Part shown: positions 1 through 8,926 of the stretch, piece by piece
Numbering within the stretch: position 1 is the first letter of the stretch
Layout: each line of letters begins with the position of its first letter
Virus record (IMG/VR): IMGVR_UViG_3300025131_009354
Location: 11,611 to 75,610 of that record
From: a virus
Length of the DNA stretch: 64,000 nt
Reading direction: 5' to 3' (one strand)
Notes under the pieces: model-generated
What the model saw: only the letters and a program-made list of their open reading frames with translations
Databases searched by the model: none
Told to the model about the DNA's origin: nothing
Translations under genes and position numbers: made by a program

Positions 1-73
1 ATTAGAAACATGAAAAGTTTTGATGGTTTCCTGGAGGCTATTAATAATAATTCTCCCGAGGAAGAGGGGAATC

Positions 74-304
74 ATGATCCCGAAGAAGGGTGACCTAGTA
101 TATTTACCTTCAGATATTATGATATTTGGAGTAATTAGTGAAGGTGGAGAAATCCACGACTGGCTGAGCCTGGATGAGCCTACCTACGGGGTGATGGTTA
201 TCCCCAACTATGATGATGAAAACATCTATCACAAGGTTCACGTAAGAGGGAGTGAGTGGTACGTGAGGACAATTGATACAATGGAGGTAATGTCCGGTGC
301 TTAA
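74..304 (+). CDS. small SH3/KOW-like 'GDLV' family protein
   Basis: ATG 74 follows GAGGGG SD; PKKGDLVYL...GVMV...HKVHV pattern shared with many paralogues here. Confidence 0.55.
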   Translation: MIPKKGDLVYLPSDIMIFGVISEGGEIHDWLSLDEPTYGVMVIPNYDDENIYHKVHVRGSEWYVRTIDTMEVMSGA

Positions 305-608
305 AGTTTTAGAAGTTTTTGAGAGACAGGCCAGGGTCGCAACTGAGCGCCCAGACGGATCTGAGTATATAAATTTTGAACATGTTTATGACACTCGCGA
401 GTGTTTATTAAACACTAATTATATTGTAGCTATACATCCTTACGAGTTTTCTTCCTCGCGAGAAATAAAGAAGACCGAGGGGAGATTCCCCGAGGGGACT
501 AAGTTTAGCACATTTGTTTTGGACGGTAACTCTTTCCGTCAATCTGAAATTATTGTAATTGGGTCGTTTGAGAAGTTCACGCAGGTTCTTGGCGACACTG
601 CACAGTGA
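297..608 (+). CDS. hypothetical protein
   Basis: ORF 103 aa overlapping both neighbours, GGAGG SD. Confidence 0.6.
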   Translation: MLKVLEVFERQARVATERPDGSEYINFEHVYDTRECLLNTNYIVAIHPYEFSSSREIKKTEGRFPEGTKFSTFVLDGNSFRQSEIIVIGSFEKFTQVLGDTAQ

Positions 609-1357
609 GGTTCCCAAGCTGGGGAGAGCTTTTTGATTACCACTGTGGAGTCAAGAGAGACTCTCTTGACCATTTCCCAGGGGGCGAGAACCCTCTCTAT
701 GAACAGTTTTCCCAGCGTAGGTATAATTATGCCACAGGCTCTGACACCACCTGCTGCCGATTAGTATTTCTAAAAGAGGTTTTAGACGATCCGGTGAATA
801 AGACTCTTGTTCGAAATGGGAGATTTATCTGGTGTCGGGAATTAAAATACGAAGGACTATCAGGAAAAGGTTTTCGCCAAATTTCATTTAGCGTGGACAA
901 CGGAAAGAAAAGATTCATAGTGGCAGAGAACAATATCCTATGCCTGCCTTCTGATATTTTTGTTAGCAATAACCGTTACTTCCGTGCAAAAGGCTCTACA
1001 TTCACCCCGTTTTCTTCTGTGTTTGGCTATAGAAAAACAATAGCGATGATGTGTAAGAATAGTGAGTTGCCAGCAGAAGAGTTAAGAGAGAAGATTAAGT
1101 CCGAGAACCCTTTCCGTCCCGGCACCCTTGTCTCGCCTAGGCTAGGGTATTTTTTCCCTGACCAGCCTCAAGTTCCTAATAATTACCCTCAGGTAGCCTA
1201 CCCAAACCTACTGGAGGAACATCCGTGTGGCATTATTCTGGGGAGAGGAACTTTAAATGATGATCGTTCAGGCAGAGAGTTTTATCGAGTTCGCTTTGGG
1301 GGGACTACTTATGAGAGAGTACACCCTGTTCAATTGGAGATCGTAAATGAAGTTTAG
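605..1357 (+). CDS. hypothetical protein with C-terminal SH3/KOW-like domain
   Basis: 250-aa ORF; C-terminal FRPGTLVSP...GIIL...YRVRF resembles the GDLV family. Confidence 0.6.
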   Translation: MRFPSWGELFDYHCGVKRDSLDHFPGGENPLYEQFSQRRYNYATGSDTTCCRLVFLKEVLDDPVNKTLVRNGRFIWCRELKYEGLSGKGFRQISFSVDNGKKRFIVAENNILCLPSDIFVSNNRYFRAKGSTFTPFSSVFGYRKTIAMMCKNSELPAEELREKIKSENPFRPGTLVSPRLGYFFPDQPQVPNNYPQVAYPNLLEEHPCGIILGRGTLNDDRSGREFYRVRFGGTTYERVHPVQLEIVNEV

Positions 1358-1604
1358 ATTATATACGAAGACAGATTGCGTATATTGCCAGATGGCTATT
1401 CGTCTTTTGGCCGAGCATCAGAAAGAATTTGAATGTTTTGCTTTGGATTCAAAGCCAAAATTGCTTAACGAGATCAAGGACACCTACCGATGGGAGACTG
1501 TGCCGCTTGTAGTGGAAATTACGGAGGGACAAGAAAAGTTTATTGGTGGCTTTACTGATCTTAAAGAATACTTACTTAAAGGCAAGCAATTACTCCAAGG
1601 ATAG
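1347..1604 (+). CDS. glutaredoxin
   Basis: CVYC active site, TVP and FIGGFTDL motifs. Confidence 0.92.
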   Translation: MKFRLYTKTDCVYCQMAIRLLAEHQKEFECFALDSKPKLLNEIKDTYRWETVPLVVEITEGQEKFIGGFTDLKEYLLKGKQLLQG

Positions 1605-1613
1605 GCAAAATAT

Positions 1614-2216
1614 ATGATATGGACATCAAAGATCTCGCCCTTGATAAAGGATGTAGAACTCCGCAAGCCGCCAGTTATAGTAAAAGTAAATAAGTTCACA
1701 GAAGAGTCGGCAAAACGCTTCCACGTTGAGATGGCCCAGGCTCACAATAGCGGACAGAAAGTTATTCCTATTGTGATTGATTCTTACGGCGGACAGGTCT
1801 ACGCCTTGATGTCTATGATATCAGCGATTGAGTCCTCTGACCTGCCAGTCGCGACAATTGTAGAAGGCAAGGCGATGTCTTGTGGTGCCGTCCTTCTCAC
1901 TTTTGGCGAGCAGGGCATGAGGTTCGCCAATCCCAATGCAACCGTGATGATTCATGACGTGAGCAGCGGAGGGCACGGAAAGATAGAAGAATTAAAAGCC
2001 GACGTAAAAGAGGCCGAAAGGCTTGACGAGAAGATATTTACTATGATGGCTCGTAATTGCGGAAAGAAAGACGACTACTTCAAGAAAAAGGTTTTTAATA
2101 AAAAACATGCTGACTGGTTTATGGATGCCCAGGAAGCAAAGAAACATGGACTTGTCAACCACCTACGTGTTCCCAAGATGAACATCAGGGTAGAAGTGGA
2201 CATTGACTTTGGGTAA
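1614..2216 (+). CDS. clpP: ATP-dependent Clp protease proteolytic subunit (ClpP-like)
   Basis: IDSYGG, AMSCGA (catalytic Ser), MIHDVSSG (His), DWFMDAQEAKKHGL motifs. Confidence 0.9.
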   Translation: MIWTSKISPLIKDVELRKPPVIVKVNKFTEESAKRFHVEMAQAHNSGQKVIPIVIDSYGGQVYALMSMISAIESSDLPVATIVEGKAMSCGAVLLTFGEQGMRFANPNATVMIHDVSSGGHGKIEELKADVKEAERLDEKIFTMMARNCGKKDDYFKKKVFNKKHADWFMDAQEAKKHGLVNHLRVPKMNIRVEVDIDFG

Positions 2217-2701
2217 TGCTGGAACTCGTCTTAGTTTCAGCGATGGCGTATAACTTCCCATCATATTATAATACTCAGCAAGAGTTTAACGCCGCTGTCA
2301 TCATAGATCAAGTTGTAAAAGTCGGCGATGATCCATATTATATGGTAGCTCTTGCCTGGACAGAGTCTCGTCTACAATCAGCCAAAGTATCTAGGACTAA
2401 AGACTACGGAATTTTTCAGATAAACTATCGTTTCTGGGGAAAGAGGTGGGGTTATGCTAGCCCCCGTAAATTTCTAGAAGATATGTCTGGCCCAAAGCAT
2501 GCAACCATTTCTGCCCTTATTGTTCTGAAGGAGATGCGAAAGTACAGAAGCTGCCAAGGGCTTAACCTAGCTGCATGCTATAATGGTGGGCCAGCTTGGC
2601 AAAAATCACGGAACAAAGAAAAGATAATTGCGTACGCAAACAAGGTCAATAGGATGAGAGGCATCCTTAAGAGAGGGTTCCCCGGTTGGGTGGCACGTTG
2701 A
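2216..2701 (+). CDS. lytic transglycosylase (SLT domain)
   Basis: AWTES catalytic Glu, DYGIFQIN, ACYNGG motifs; hydrophobic N-terminus. Confidence 0.85.
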   Translation: MLELVLVSAMAYNFPSYYNTQQEFNAAVIIDQVVKVGDDPYYMVALAWTESRLQSAKVSRTKDYGIFQINYRFWGKRWGYASPRKFLEDMSGPKHATISALIVLKEMRKYRSCQGLNLAACYNGGPAWQKSRNKEKIIAYANKVNRMRGILKRGFPGWVAR

Positions 2702-3030
2702 AACAGCACTATGGGATCAAGATAACTACAATTCTCAATGCTGCTGAGAAACTTACTGCTGATCTTGATTATTTATGTTCTTTAATAGAGCAGCCAGATC
2801 CAGAGTTTCCTATAGCGGACGCCGTTATCTACGCAACGGCTGTATCTGCGTTGTCTTCACAATTAGACTTTATCACGGAAGACATATCGGGTAACGACTT
2901 AAGCGAAGATGAAGAATATGTTAAACTAACTCAAGACGAAATAGGGATGCTTAATTTATACACAGAGAATGCAGAGGACTCGATTAAGCACTTGGAGGAA
3001 ACATGTGGGATCTCACTAAGAAACAACTAA
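2686..3030 (+). CDS. acidic hypothetical protein
   Basis: ORF in operon context. Confidence 0.55.
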   Translation: MGGTLKQHYGIKITTILNAAEKLTADLDYLCSLIEQPDPEFPIADAVIYATAVSALSSQLDFITEDISGNDLSEDEEYVKLTQDEIGMLNLYTENAEDSIKHLEETCGISLRNN

Positions 3031-3215
3031 TTTATATTGGTTTTTATTATTTCTGGATAGTCTTTTTATTGGCATGCGTTGCTTTTGACATGGCCTTTGA
3101 CAACGTAAGCGGCTTTACTTTCGGTTATGCCTTCGCGCTAATCTATTTTATTATTCGCACTCGCGAAGTACACAAAGAGTTGGAGATATTCAATGATTAC
3201 GAATCAGAAGATTGA
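3003..3215 (+). CDS. small two-TM membrane protein
   Basis: two hydrophobic segments, GGAGG SD. Confidence 0.55.
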   Translation: MWDLTKKQLIYIGFYYFWIVFLLACVAFDMAFDNVSGFTFGYAFALIYFIIRTREVHKELEIFNDYESED

Positions 3216-3420
3216 GGTCGGCGAAGTCCAATACTCGAAGTTTTCACAAGTTCTTCGTTTTACTGTGACAGCCAATATCGAAGCTATCCAAACAATCGAA
3301 GATATTACTTATCGCAATGATATGACAATTGAAGAGATTGCCACAAAAATGGGGGAACTTCTAAAAAAAGCGATAGTAAGTGACTACCACCGCGGTGGCC
3401 TTCGAAGGAAATATGATTAA
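3193..3420 (+). CDS. hypothetical protein
   Basis: ORF with GGAG SD. Confidence 0.55.
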   Translation: MITNQKIEVGEVQYSKFSQVLRFTVTANIEAIQTIEDITYRNDMTIEEIATKMGELLKKAIVSDYHRGGLRRKYD

Positions 3421-3629
3421 TGTTTTATCGTGTTTTGGCAGTAGCTGCGATGATAGCCTACACTCCAATTTATTGGTCTATCCGTGCGGTGGACAAAGTT
3501 AAAGAAACTATAGGACAATAAAGCCAGAGATGTTAAAAGATTTTGCAGCATATACCATCGCCACAGTAATTGGCATTGCTTTTTTAGGCGTCGTCGCCCT
3601 TGGAATGGTCAAGGAAAGCTTGAGAGATA

Positions 3630-4097
3630 TTGACATTGCCCCACCTAACTGAAAATAATTGGAACACACTGGGCGGCCGCCCAATTCTAAACATTCAGCA
3701 GCGCATTCAGCGCCGCCTTGAAGAAGATCGTTACACTTTCCATGTTGGGACAGATAGCAAATCGTACAAGGATCATACAGTCGTGACCACGACCATCTGT
3801 TTTCGGGAAAATGGCTCTGGCGCGCTAGTTGCTTATCAGCGGAATAAGGTCGATAATTTTACAAATATTGCAGAACGCTTAATCCATGAGACCCTGGTCT
3901 CGATTGAGGCTGCGTTCATGGTGCAAGACATCACAGGCACACCCCCCACTGTCCACTCAGACATAAACACAAAAGAATCAGCCTTAAGCAATCGATCAAT
4001 GAGTGTTATAATGGGGATGGTCAACGGGATGGGTTTTCCTGTTAAAGTTAAGCCTAATGCGTGGGCTGCTGATATTGCAGATATGTTTACGAGGTAA
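3630..4097 (+). CDS. RNase H-like protein (YkuK/DUF458 family)
   Basis: FHVGTDS, RLIHETLVS, VHSDIN, VKPNAWAA motifs. Confidence 0.8.
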   Translation: MTLPHLTENNWNTLGGRPILNIQQRIQRRLEEDRYTFHVGTDSKSYKDHTVVTTTICFRENGSGALVAYQRNKVDNFTNIAERLIHETLVSIEAAFMVQDITGTPPTVHSDINTKESALSNRSMSVIMGMVNGMGFPVKVKPNAWAADIADMFTR

Positions 4098-4098
4098 G

Positions 4099-4356
4099 AT
4101 GAGTACATCACAGAAGAAGCGAAAATGTTTATTAACTTGTGCGCGCAAGAAGTCCAATCTGCCCAATACAAACAACAGGCTTAAGGAGTTGTGCCTAGAT
4201 CCAATACACATTCAAGAGTGGAATCTGTGGCTTAACTATTATGAGCCAATAGTTCGTAACGACCCATATTTTGAACATGAATTGATTACTCGTGGCCGAC
4301 CACTTGCTTGGTTCGTTGCGGAACTCAACCAGAGAAAAAATAAATATATTTCTTGA
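4099..4356 (+). CDS. hypothetical protein
   Basis: ATG 4099 after GAGGT SD. Confidence 0.5.
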   Translation: MSTSQKKRKCLLTCARKKSNLPNTNNRLKELCLDPIHIQEWNLWLNYYEPIVRNDPYFEHELITRGRPLAWFVAELNQRKNKYIS

Positions 4357-4736
4357 AAGGAAATACAATGCTTACTGATGAAGAGATCAACAAACATATT
4401 GATATTTTTAAAACATTTTGCAAGAATAATAGATTGAGACTAAGAGAAGCTGGCGATGGAATGCCTATAGCCCGAGCTATCGGGAAGTTTAACGAAGACC
4501 AGTTTTTTTGTAACTTTCGCACTGGGACTATTGGCGTCTTTGTTACCCGCGAGACTCAACGACAGTTTACTTACTTACATAAGAAGCTGACTAAGTTAGG
4601 CTGCGTAGCTACGCAACTGGGGGATTTCGAGGCCGCATATGATTTGGAGTGGATGAACATCCCTCCCGTAGCACGGCTGCTAAAAATAAAGAAAGGTGCT
4701 GCCAAAGTGAGAGATCCAAAGTGGCTACGAGATTAA
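4353..4736 (+). CDS. hypothetical protein
   Basis: 127-aa ORF (start may be ATG 4368). Confidence 0.55.
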   Translation: MKGNTMLTDEEINKHIDIFKTFCKNNRLRLREAGDGMPIARAIGKFNEDQFFCNFRTGTIGVFVTRETQRQFTYLHKKLTKLGCVATQLGDFEAAYDLEWMNIPPVARLLKIKKGAAKVRDPKWLRD

Positions 4737-4737
4737 G

Positions 4738-4941
4738 ATGAGGAAGAACCAAATAGAAGCAGTTAGAAAGTGGCTTAGTGACTCCACTCTTCCTCGCACG
4801 GCCGAGTTTGAAGAATTGTCCCTGCTTACTGCCCAATTTATATTTGCTGCTACATATTACTACGACAGGGTAAAGCTTCATATGCTATTGCACCCTTTGT
4901 TTTATTTGGCGGGCTTCTTAACTTCTTATTATTTGTTATAG
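4738..4941 (+). CDS. small membrane protein
   Basis: hydrophobic C-terminus. Confidence 0.45.
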   Translation: MRKNQIEAVRKWLSDSTLPRTAEFEELSLLTAQFIFAATYYYDRVKLHMLLHPLFYLAGFLTSYYLL

Positions 4942-4965
4942 TTAATAGAATGGAGATATAATATT

Positions 4966-5226
4966 ATGAGTGACACACCTAGAAAAAAACCAACCCCAAA
5001 AATCGAAATAAAAAATGAAAAAGGAAACAATACATTTAAAAGGAGCGACGTCACGAAACACGATGTTCGCCCCCTTAAGGGATTCGAGGAAGGTCTTCAG
5101 AGGATATTAGAAAAGTTTGAATTCCCAGAGGAATCTCGCCGCGAAATTTTTTCACGCATCAAAGAATACACCAACGCCCAACAAGCCGGCAAACCAAAGA
5201 AAGATAATCAAAATGACCAAGACTAA
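4966..5226 (+). CDS. hypothetical basic protein
   Basis: ORF 86 aa. Confidence 0.5.
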   Translation: MSDTPRKKPTPKIEIKNEKGNNTFKRSDVTKHDVRPLKGFEEGLQRILEKFEFPEESRREIFSRIKEYTNAQQAGKPKKDNQNDQD

Positions 5227-5452
5227 TCAAGAATTTGAAACCACTGTCAAGGAATTCGTGAATAAGCTCACGACCATCGAGAATGAGATGACAATCCTTC
5301 GACAAGATCGCACAGAACTATTTGCAGAGATGAAGAGTCGTCTAGACCCTCGATCATTTCGGGCAGCCCTCAAGATTCATAATTTACAAACGTCCACCCC
5401 AGATCAAACTTCTTTAACAAGAATTCTGGAAGTTTTGGAAACTTGTGAATAG
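5213..5452 (+). CDS. GapR/DUF2312-like DNA-binding protein
   Basis: VKEFVNKLTTIENEMTILRQDRTELFAEMKSRLDPRSFRAALKI matches the GapR/DUF2312 pattern. Confidence 0.65.
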   Translation: MTKTNQEFETTVKEFVNKLTTIENEMTILRQDRTELFAEMKSRLDPRSFRAALKIHNLQTSTPDQTSLTRILEVLETCE

Positions 5453-5461
5453 TTATATATT

Positions 5462-5946
5462 ATGGGGTAAAGCAGAAAAAACCACTTGAACTTTGTGTCG
5501 CATTCTACAAGGGCGAAGGAGAATGGCACCATCGGCTTGTCCGCAGCACTACTCAATCGGTTTATTCTCATGCAGAACTGATCATGCCCGACGGCAAAGC
5601 AATCAGCATCCAGCCATTCAGCACCGCAGGCATTCGCAAGATATGGTTTGAGGACGAAGAAGACGCTAAGGACTACGACATAATCTGTGTACCGGCTAGC
5701 CAAGAACAGATTGATACGATAGAGGCTTTCTTCCACGACACCAGGGGAGATGGCTATGATTGGGCTGGAATGATTCTCTCAAAAATTACACCGTTCCACA
5801 TCAAGCGGACAGGCCGCTGGTATTGTTCTGAGTGGATTGCGTATGCTCTTCGGCTAGCCGGCGCGGTTGACAACCTCTATCATTATTCCGATTTAACGCC
5901 GCAAAGGCTCTATGAAGTGCTGCATCACTATGCCAACCAAGACTAA
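5462..5946 (+). CDS. permuted papain-like NlpC/P60 amidase (YiiX/YaeF-like); start anomalous
   Basis: VAFYKG..YSHAEL (His) lies in frame upstream of ATG 5584; GYDWAG and WYCSEW (Cys) follow; nearest ATG (5462) is one base out of frame. Confidence 0.7.
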
Positions 5947-6175
5947 AGAATATTCTGTCTTTGCGCCGGGCAACCTTGTCACCTGCGCAAAAGATCTTTA
6001 TTCGTCTACTCCTATCGGCGGCTTGGCCGGATCCGAGAACCAAGTTGTCTATGGGACAGTGGGGCTCATTATCTGTGGGCCAAACTCTGAGCGCAGGGCT
6101 CAATACCAAGTACAGTTTCTTAATAATGTTACTTGGTGGGTAAATCATAATGAGATAGAACCCTATATAAGTTAG
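5930..6175 (+). CDS. small SH3/KOW-like 'GDLV' family protein
   Basis: FAPGNLVTC...GTVGLII...YQVQF...EIE. Confidence 0.6.
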   Translation: MPTKTKEYSVFAPGNLVTCAKDLYSSTPIGGLAGSENQVVYGTVGLIICGPNSERRAQYQVQFLNNVTWWVNHNEIEPYIS

Positions 6176-6213
6176 GGAAGAATGCTGTATAATAAAACAA
6201 GAAGGGGGTCAAC

Positions 6214-6495
6214 ATGACCAACAATATTAATTATCAACAAATTTTCGAAGAAGAGATTTCCGAGCACACAAAGTCCTCCGCAAACTTAGCTGAGCGTTTT
6301 TTTGAGTTGCCTTACGAGCAGAGATGCTTAGTGGAGTCATTGATGGATGCAGCATACCAGCGTGCTGTGGATGACGCCTTCAATCCGGAGGTTGTTTTGG
6401 AGACTGCCGAGCTAGCTGGGGAGATGGGTGCGCAGCTTTATAATTTTGCAAATATGCTGCAAACATACCTGTCTGATCCGGATGAAACCGACTGA
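6214..6495 (+). CDS. acidic hypothetical protein
   Basis: ORF with GGGGG SD. Confidence 0.55.
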   Translation: MTNNINYQQIFEEEISEHTKSSANLAERFFELPYEQRCLVESLMDAAYQRAVDDAFNPEVVLETAELAGEMGAQLYNFANMLQTYLSDPDETD

Positions 6496-6838
6496 CAGAA
6501 CTACTTATAATGAGGGCGATTTAGTCGAAGTGATCCGTGTTGGATCCTTCACTATTTGTTATACGCTAGAGGGCGAATTCCCTGGCGTTAGGGAGTGTCC
6601 GGTGCAAGAACTAGAGGTCTATACGCACCCAAAGCGCCGTTATGAAAATATTTTTCTAAATCTTGAAGGAAAAGCGGCCTTGATCGTCTATGTTTCGCGG
6701 AATAAATTGTTGCAGCCAGTGGGTTACCGAGTTTTAATTGAGGGCAAAGAAATGTTTTGCAAATCTATCGTTGCTGAAAAATATTTTAAACTCATAGGAA
6801 CCCAGGGCAATGCGATTAGGAGATCTGGTAAGATTTAA
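6482..6838 (+). CDS. SH3/KOW-like 'GDLV' family protein
   Basis: YNEGDLVEV...ALIV...YRVLI. Confidence 0.55.
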   Translation: MKPTDRTTYNEGDLVEVIRVGSFTICYTLEGEFPGVRECPVQELEVYTHPKRRYENIFLNLEGKAALIVYVSRNKLLQPVGYRVLIEGKEMFCKSIVAEKYFKLIGTQGNAIRRSGKI

Positions 6839-6989
6839 AACACACGACCACCAAGTTGAGTGGTACATCGGGTTGCTTCTTCGTTACGACAAGTTTACCA
6901 AAGTGGCTGAAATCATGGTAGGAGAGCATCTATATTATGCGCCTGGAAGATTGGTCAACACTCACCAACGAGGGAGGCGACACCCATGA
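6810..6989 (+). CDS. small SH3/KOW-like 'GDLV' family protein (59 aa, below ORF-track cutoff)
   Basis: translated by hand: MRLGDLVRFKTHDHQVEWYIGLLLRY... Confidence 0.55.
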   Translation: MRLGDLVRFKTHDHQVEWYIGLLLRYDKFTKVAEIMVGEHLYYAPGRLVNTHQRGRRHP

Positions 6990-7112
6990 GATTGACATCT
7001 ATAGAGGTAATATTGTTTATCGCTGCATGTATCTTTTTATATACCCAATGGAATTAGGCTTAACGGCACACGCCTAACGTGGTAAATTAGCACTCTAAAG
7101 AGGTGCTTTTTT

Positions 7113-7343
7113 ATGCGAAGAATCATTTTGTGCTTATTCTTGTCCGCAGCCTGCGCAACAGCAGAAAAACACCCCGATACATGCTGCGAGCGGCTTCAGA
7201 CCCGCAATCAAATGCTGAAAAAATATGAACGACTCTGCATTGGGCTTGTCTTTTTAGAGGGACGATTCAAGGGTGATGCAAGGGCTGTAGAAAATATTAG
7301 AGCAGGACTGGAGGTTTGCAAATATGTATATGGAGTGAGGTAA
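7113..7343 (+). CDS. small Cys-rich lipoprotein (paralogue of 12439-12813)
   Basis: signal peptide with lipobox SAAC; CCxRL...RLC...C.YVYG. Confidence 0.6.
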   Translation: MRRIILCLFLSAACATAEKHPDTCCERLQTRNQMLKKYERLCIGLVFLEGRFKGDARAVENIRAGLEVCKYVYGVR

Positions 7344-7361
7344 AAAATAATGGAAGAGTGA

Positions 7362-7703
7362 TTGCCCTATGCAAACAAAGGAGAGCCCGTGACCGAAGAT
7401 AAAAAGCCCCCTATCCGGAAAGATAGACGCAGGGCAAAAAAGAAAACACATAAACTAACAAAGCGCCACGTCGAGATGATCAGGTCTCAAAAGGGAAAGC
7501 AGTCAGTCAGAGAGATTGCTAAATGGTTTGCCCGAGAGACTCACCATATTTATAAGATCTCTCCGTCGATGGTTCATCACATCCTGACCGGCAAGCGGCA
7601 TGCTCGCAAAGAAGATCAGGTATCGATCTACGACCTGATCGCCGACGAGGCCAGCGAGGAAGAGCTTGAAAAGCTTGACCCAAAAAAAGTTGATTTTAAT
7701 TAA
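7362..7703 (+). CDS. helix-turn-helix DNA-binding protein
   Basis: KLTKRHVEMIR..QSVREIAKWF...ISPSMVHHILTGK HTH pattern. Confidence 0.65.
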   Translation: MPYANKGEPVTEDKKPPIRKDRRRAKKKTHKLTKRHVEMIRSQKGKQSVREIAKWFARETHHIYKISPSMVHHILTGKRHARKEDQVSIYDLIADEASEEELEKLDPKKVDFN

Positions 7704-7721
7704 AAAAAGATGCGTTTTTTA

Positions 7722-7757
7722 CTTGACCAGAACCCTATCCGTGGTAATATAGTGTTA
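7722..7757 (+). promoter_or_regulatory. early sigma70-type promoter
   Basis: TTGACC(7723-28)-N16-TAATAT with extended -10 TG; 22 nt identical to the 8878 promoter. Confidence 0.8.
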
Positions 7758-7773
7758 CAAGGAGAGAGAATAA

Positions 7774-8817
7774 ATGGCTGTTGACTTCAAAACCTTCGTA
7801 TCCCTGGCCCCCGCAGTTAGCGCTGCTCGGTTGCCCGTCTTGCTTCGTGGTCGCCACGGCATCGGCAAAAGCCAGGTTGTTTATCAACTCGCAGGTACCC
7901 TCGGGCTTCCTGTTATTGAGCGCCGTGCCAGCCAGATGACTGAGGGCGACCTTGTTGGTCTGCCCAGCATCGAGGGCAACCGTACCACGTTCAATCCGCC
8001 GGATTGGTTCAAGCAAGCTTGCGAAGAGCCCGCCGTCCTCTTCCTCGACGAGGTTGATCGTGCTACTCTTGAGGTTCGTCAGGGCATCTTTGAGTTGACT
8101 GACAGCCGTAAGCTTAACGGGCACACTCTTCACGAAGATACCATCGTCTTCGCTGCCATCAACGGCGGTGATCATGGCGAGAGCTATCAGGTCAATGAGA
8201 TGGATCCTGCTGAACTTGATCGTTGGAGCGTCTGGGATGTCGAGCCCACTACTGAAGACTGGCTCGCCTGGGGTAAGAACAATGTTGATAGTCTTGTTTG
8301 GGACTTCATTAACCAGAACCGTGCCCACCTTGAGCATACTACCGATATTGAGCCCAACAAGCGCTATCCCAGCCGTCGTAGCTGGAAGCGACTGAATGAT
8401 GTTTTGGTCAACGCTGACATGATCAAAGAGGCATCACCGGCCATGTTCAACCTGGCTCAAAGCTTCGTTGGGTTTGAAGCTGCGGTAGCCCTCAACGATT
8501 TCGCTAAGAATTACGAGCGGGTCGTAACTGTTGATCAGCTTCTGGCTGGCGAACGTGTCGAAGCTCTGGCGGCCTTCTCGCTCAATGAGCACTGCGCCAT
8601 GATCGAAAAGATCGACGCCGAAGAGGCATGCAAGAAGGAACTCACCGAAGAGCAGATCAGCAACCTGGCTACCTACTTCGTCAGCCTGCCTAGCGAAGCT
8701 GCCATGAAGCTCTGGGGACTCGTCAGCAAAGGCGGAGTACAGGGCAATGTGGTGAACTTCCACGCTGCCAACGACGGCGATGTTGGGGCACACTTGAGCA
8801 ATATTCTGGGAGCATAA
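7774..8817 (+). CDS. MoxR-like AAA+ ATPase
   Basis: Walker A GRHGIGKS, Walker B LFLDEVDR, MDPAELDRW, PSRRSW motifs. Confidence 0.88.
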   Translation: MAVDFKTFVSLAPAVSAARLPVLLRGRHGIGKSQVVYQLAGTLGLPVIERRASQMTEGDLVGLPSIEGNRTTFNPPDWFKQACEEPAVLFLDEVDRATLEVRQGIFELTDSRKLNGHTLHEDTIVFAAINGGDHGESYQVNEMDPAELDRWSVWDVEPTTEDWLAWGKNNVDSLVWDFINQNRAHLEHTTDIEPNKRYPSRRSWKRLNDVLVNADMIKEASPAMFNLAQSFVGFEAAVALNDFAKNYERVVTVDQLLAGERVEALAAFSLNEHCAMIEKIDAEEACKKELTEEQISNLATYFVSLPSEAAMKLWGLVSKGGVQGNVVNFHAANDGDVGAHLSNILGA

Positions 8818-8865
8818 TTTCTCTCCGACCTGGGCATGTCTTAAAACTGCCGGCTCCCTTTTTGC

Positions 8866-8912
8866 CAAAAATAAAGCTTGACCAATACCTTATCCGTGGT
8901 AATATAGTGTTA
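8866..8912 (+). promoter_or_regulatory. early sigma70-type promoter
   Basis: CAAAAATAAAGC-TTGACC(8878-83)-N16-TAATAT; TG extension. Confidence 0.8.
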
Positions 8913-8926
8913 GAAGGAGAGAGATA

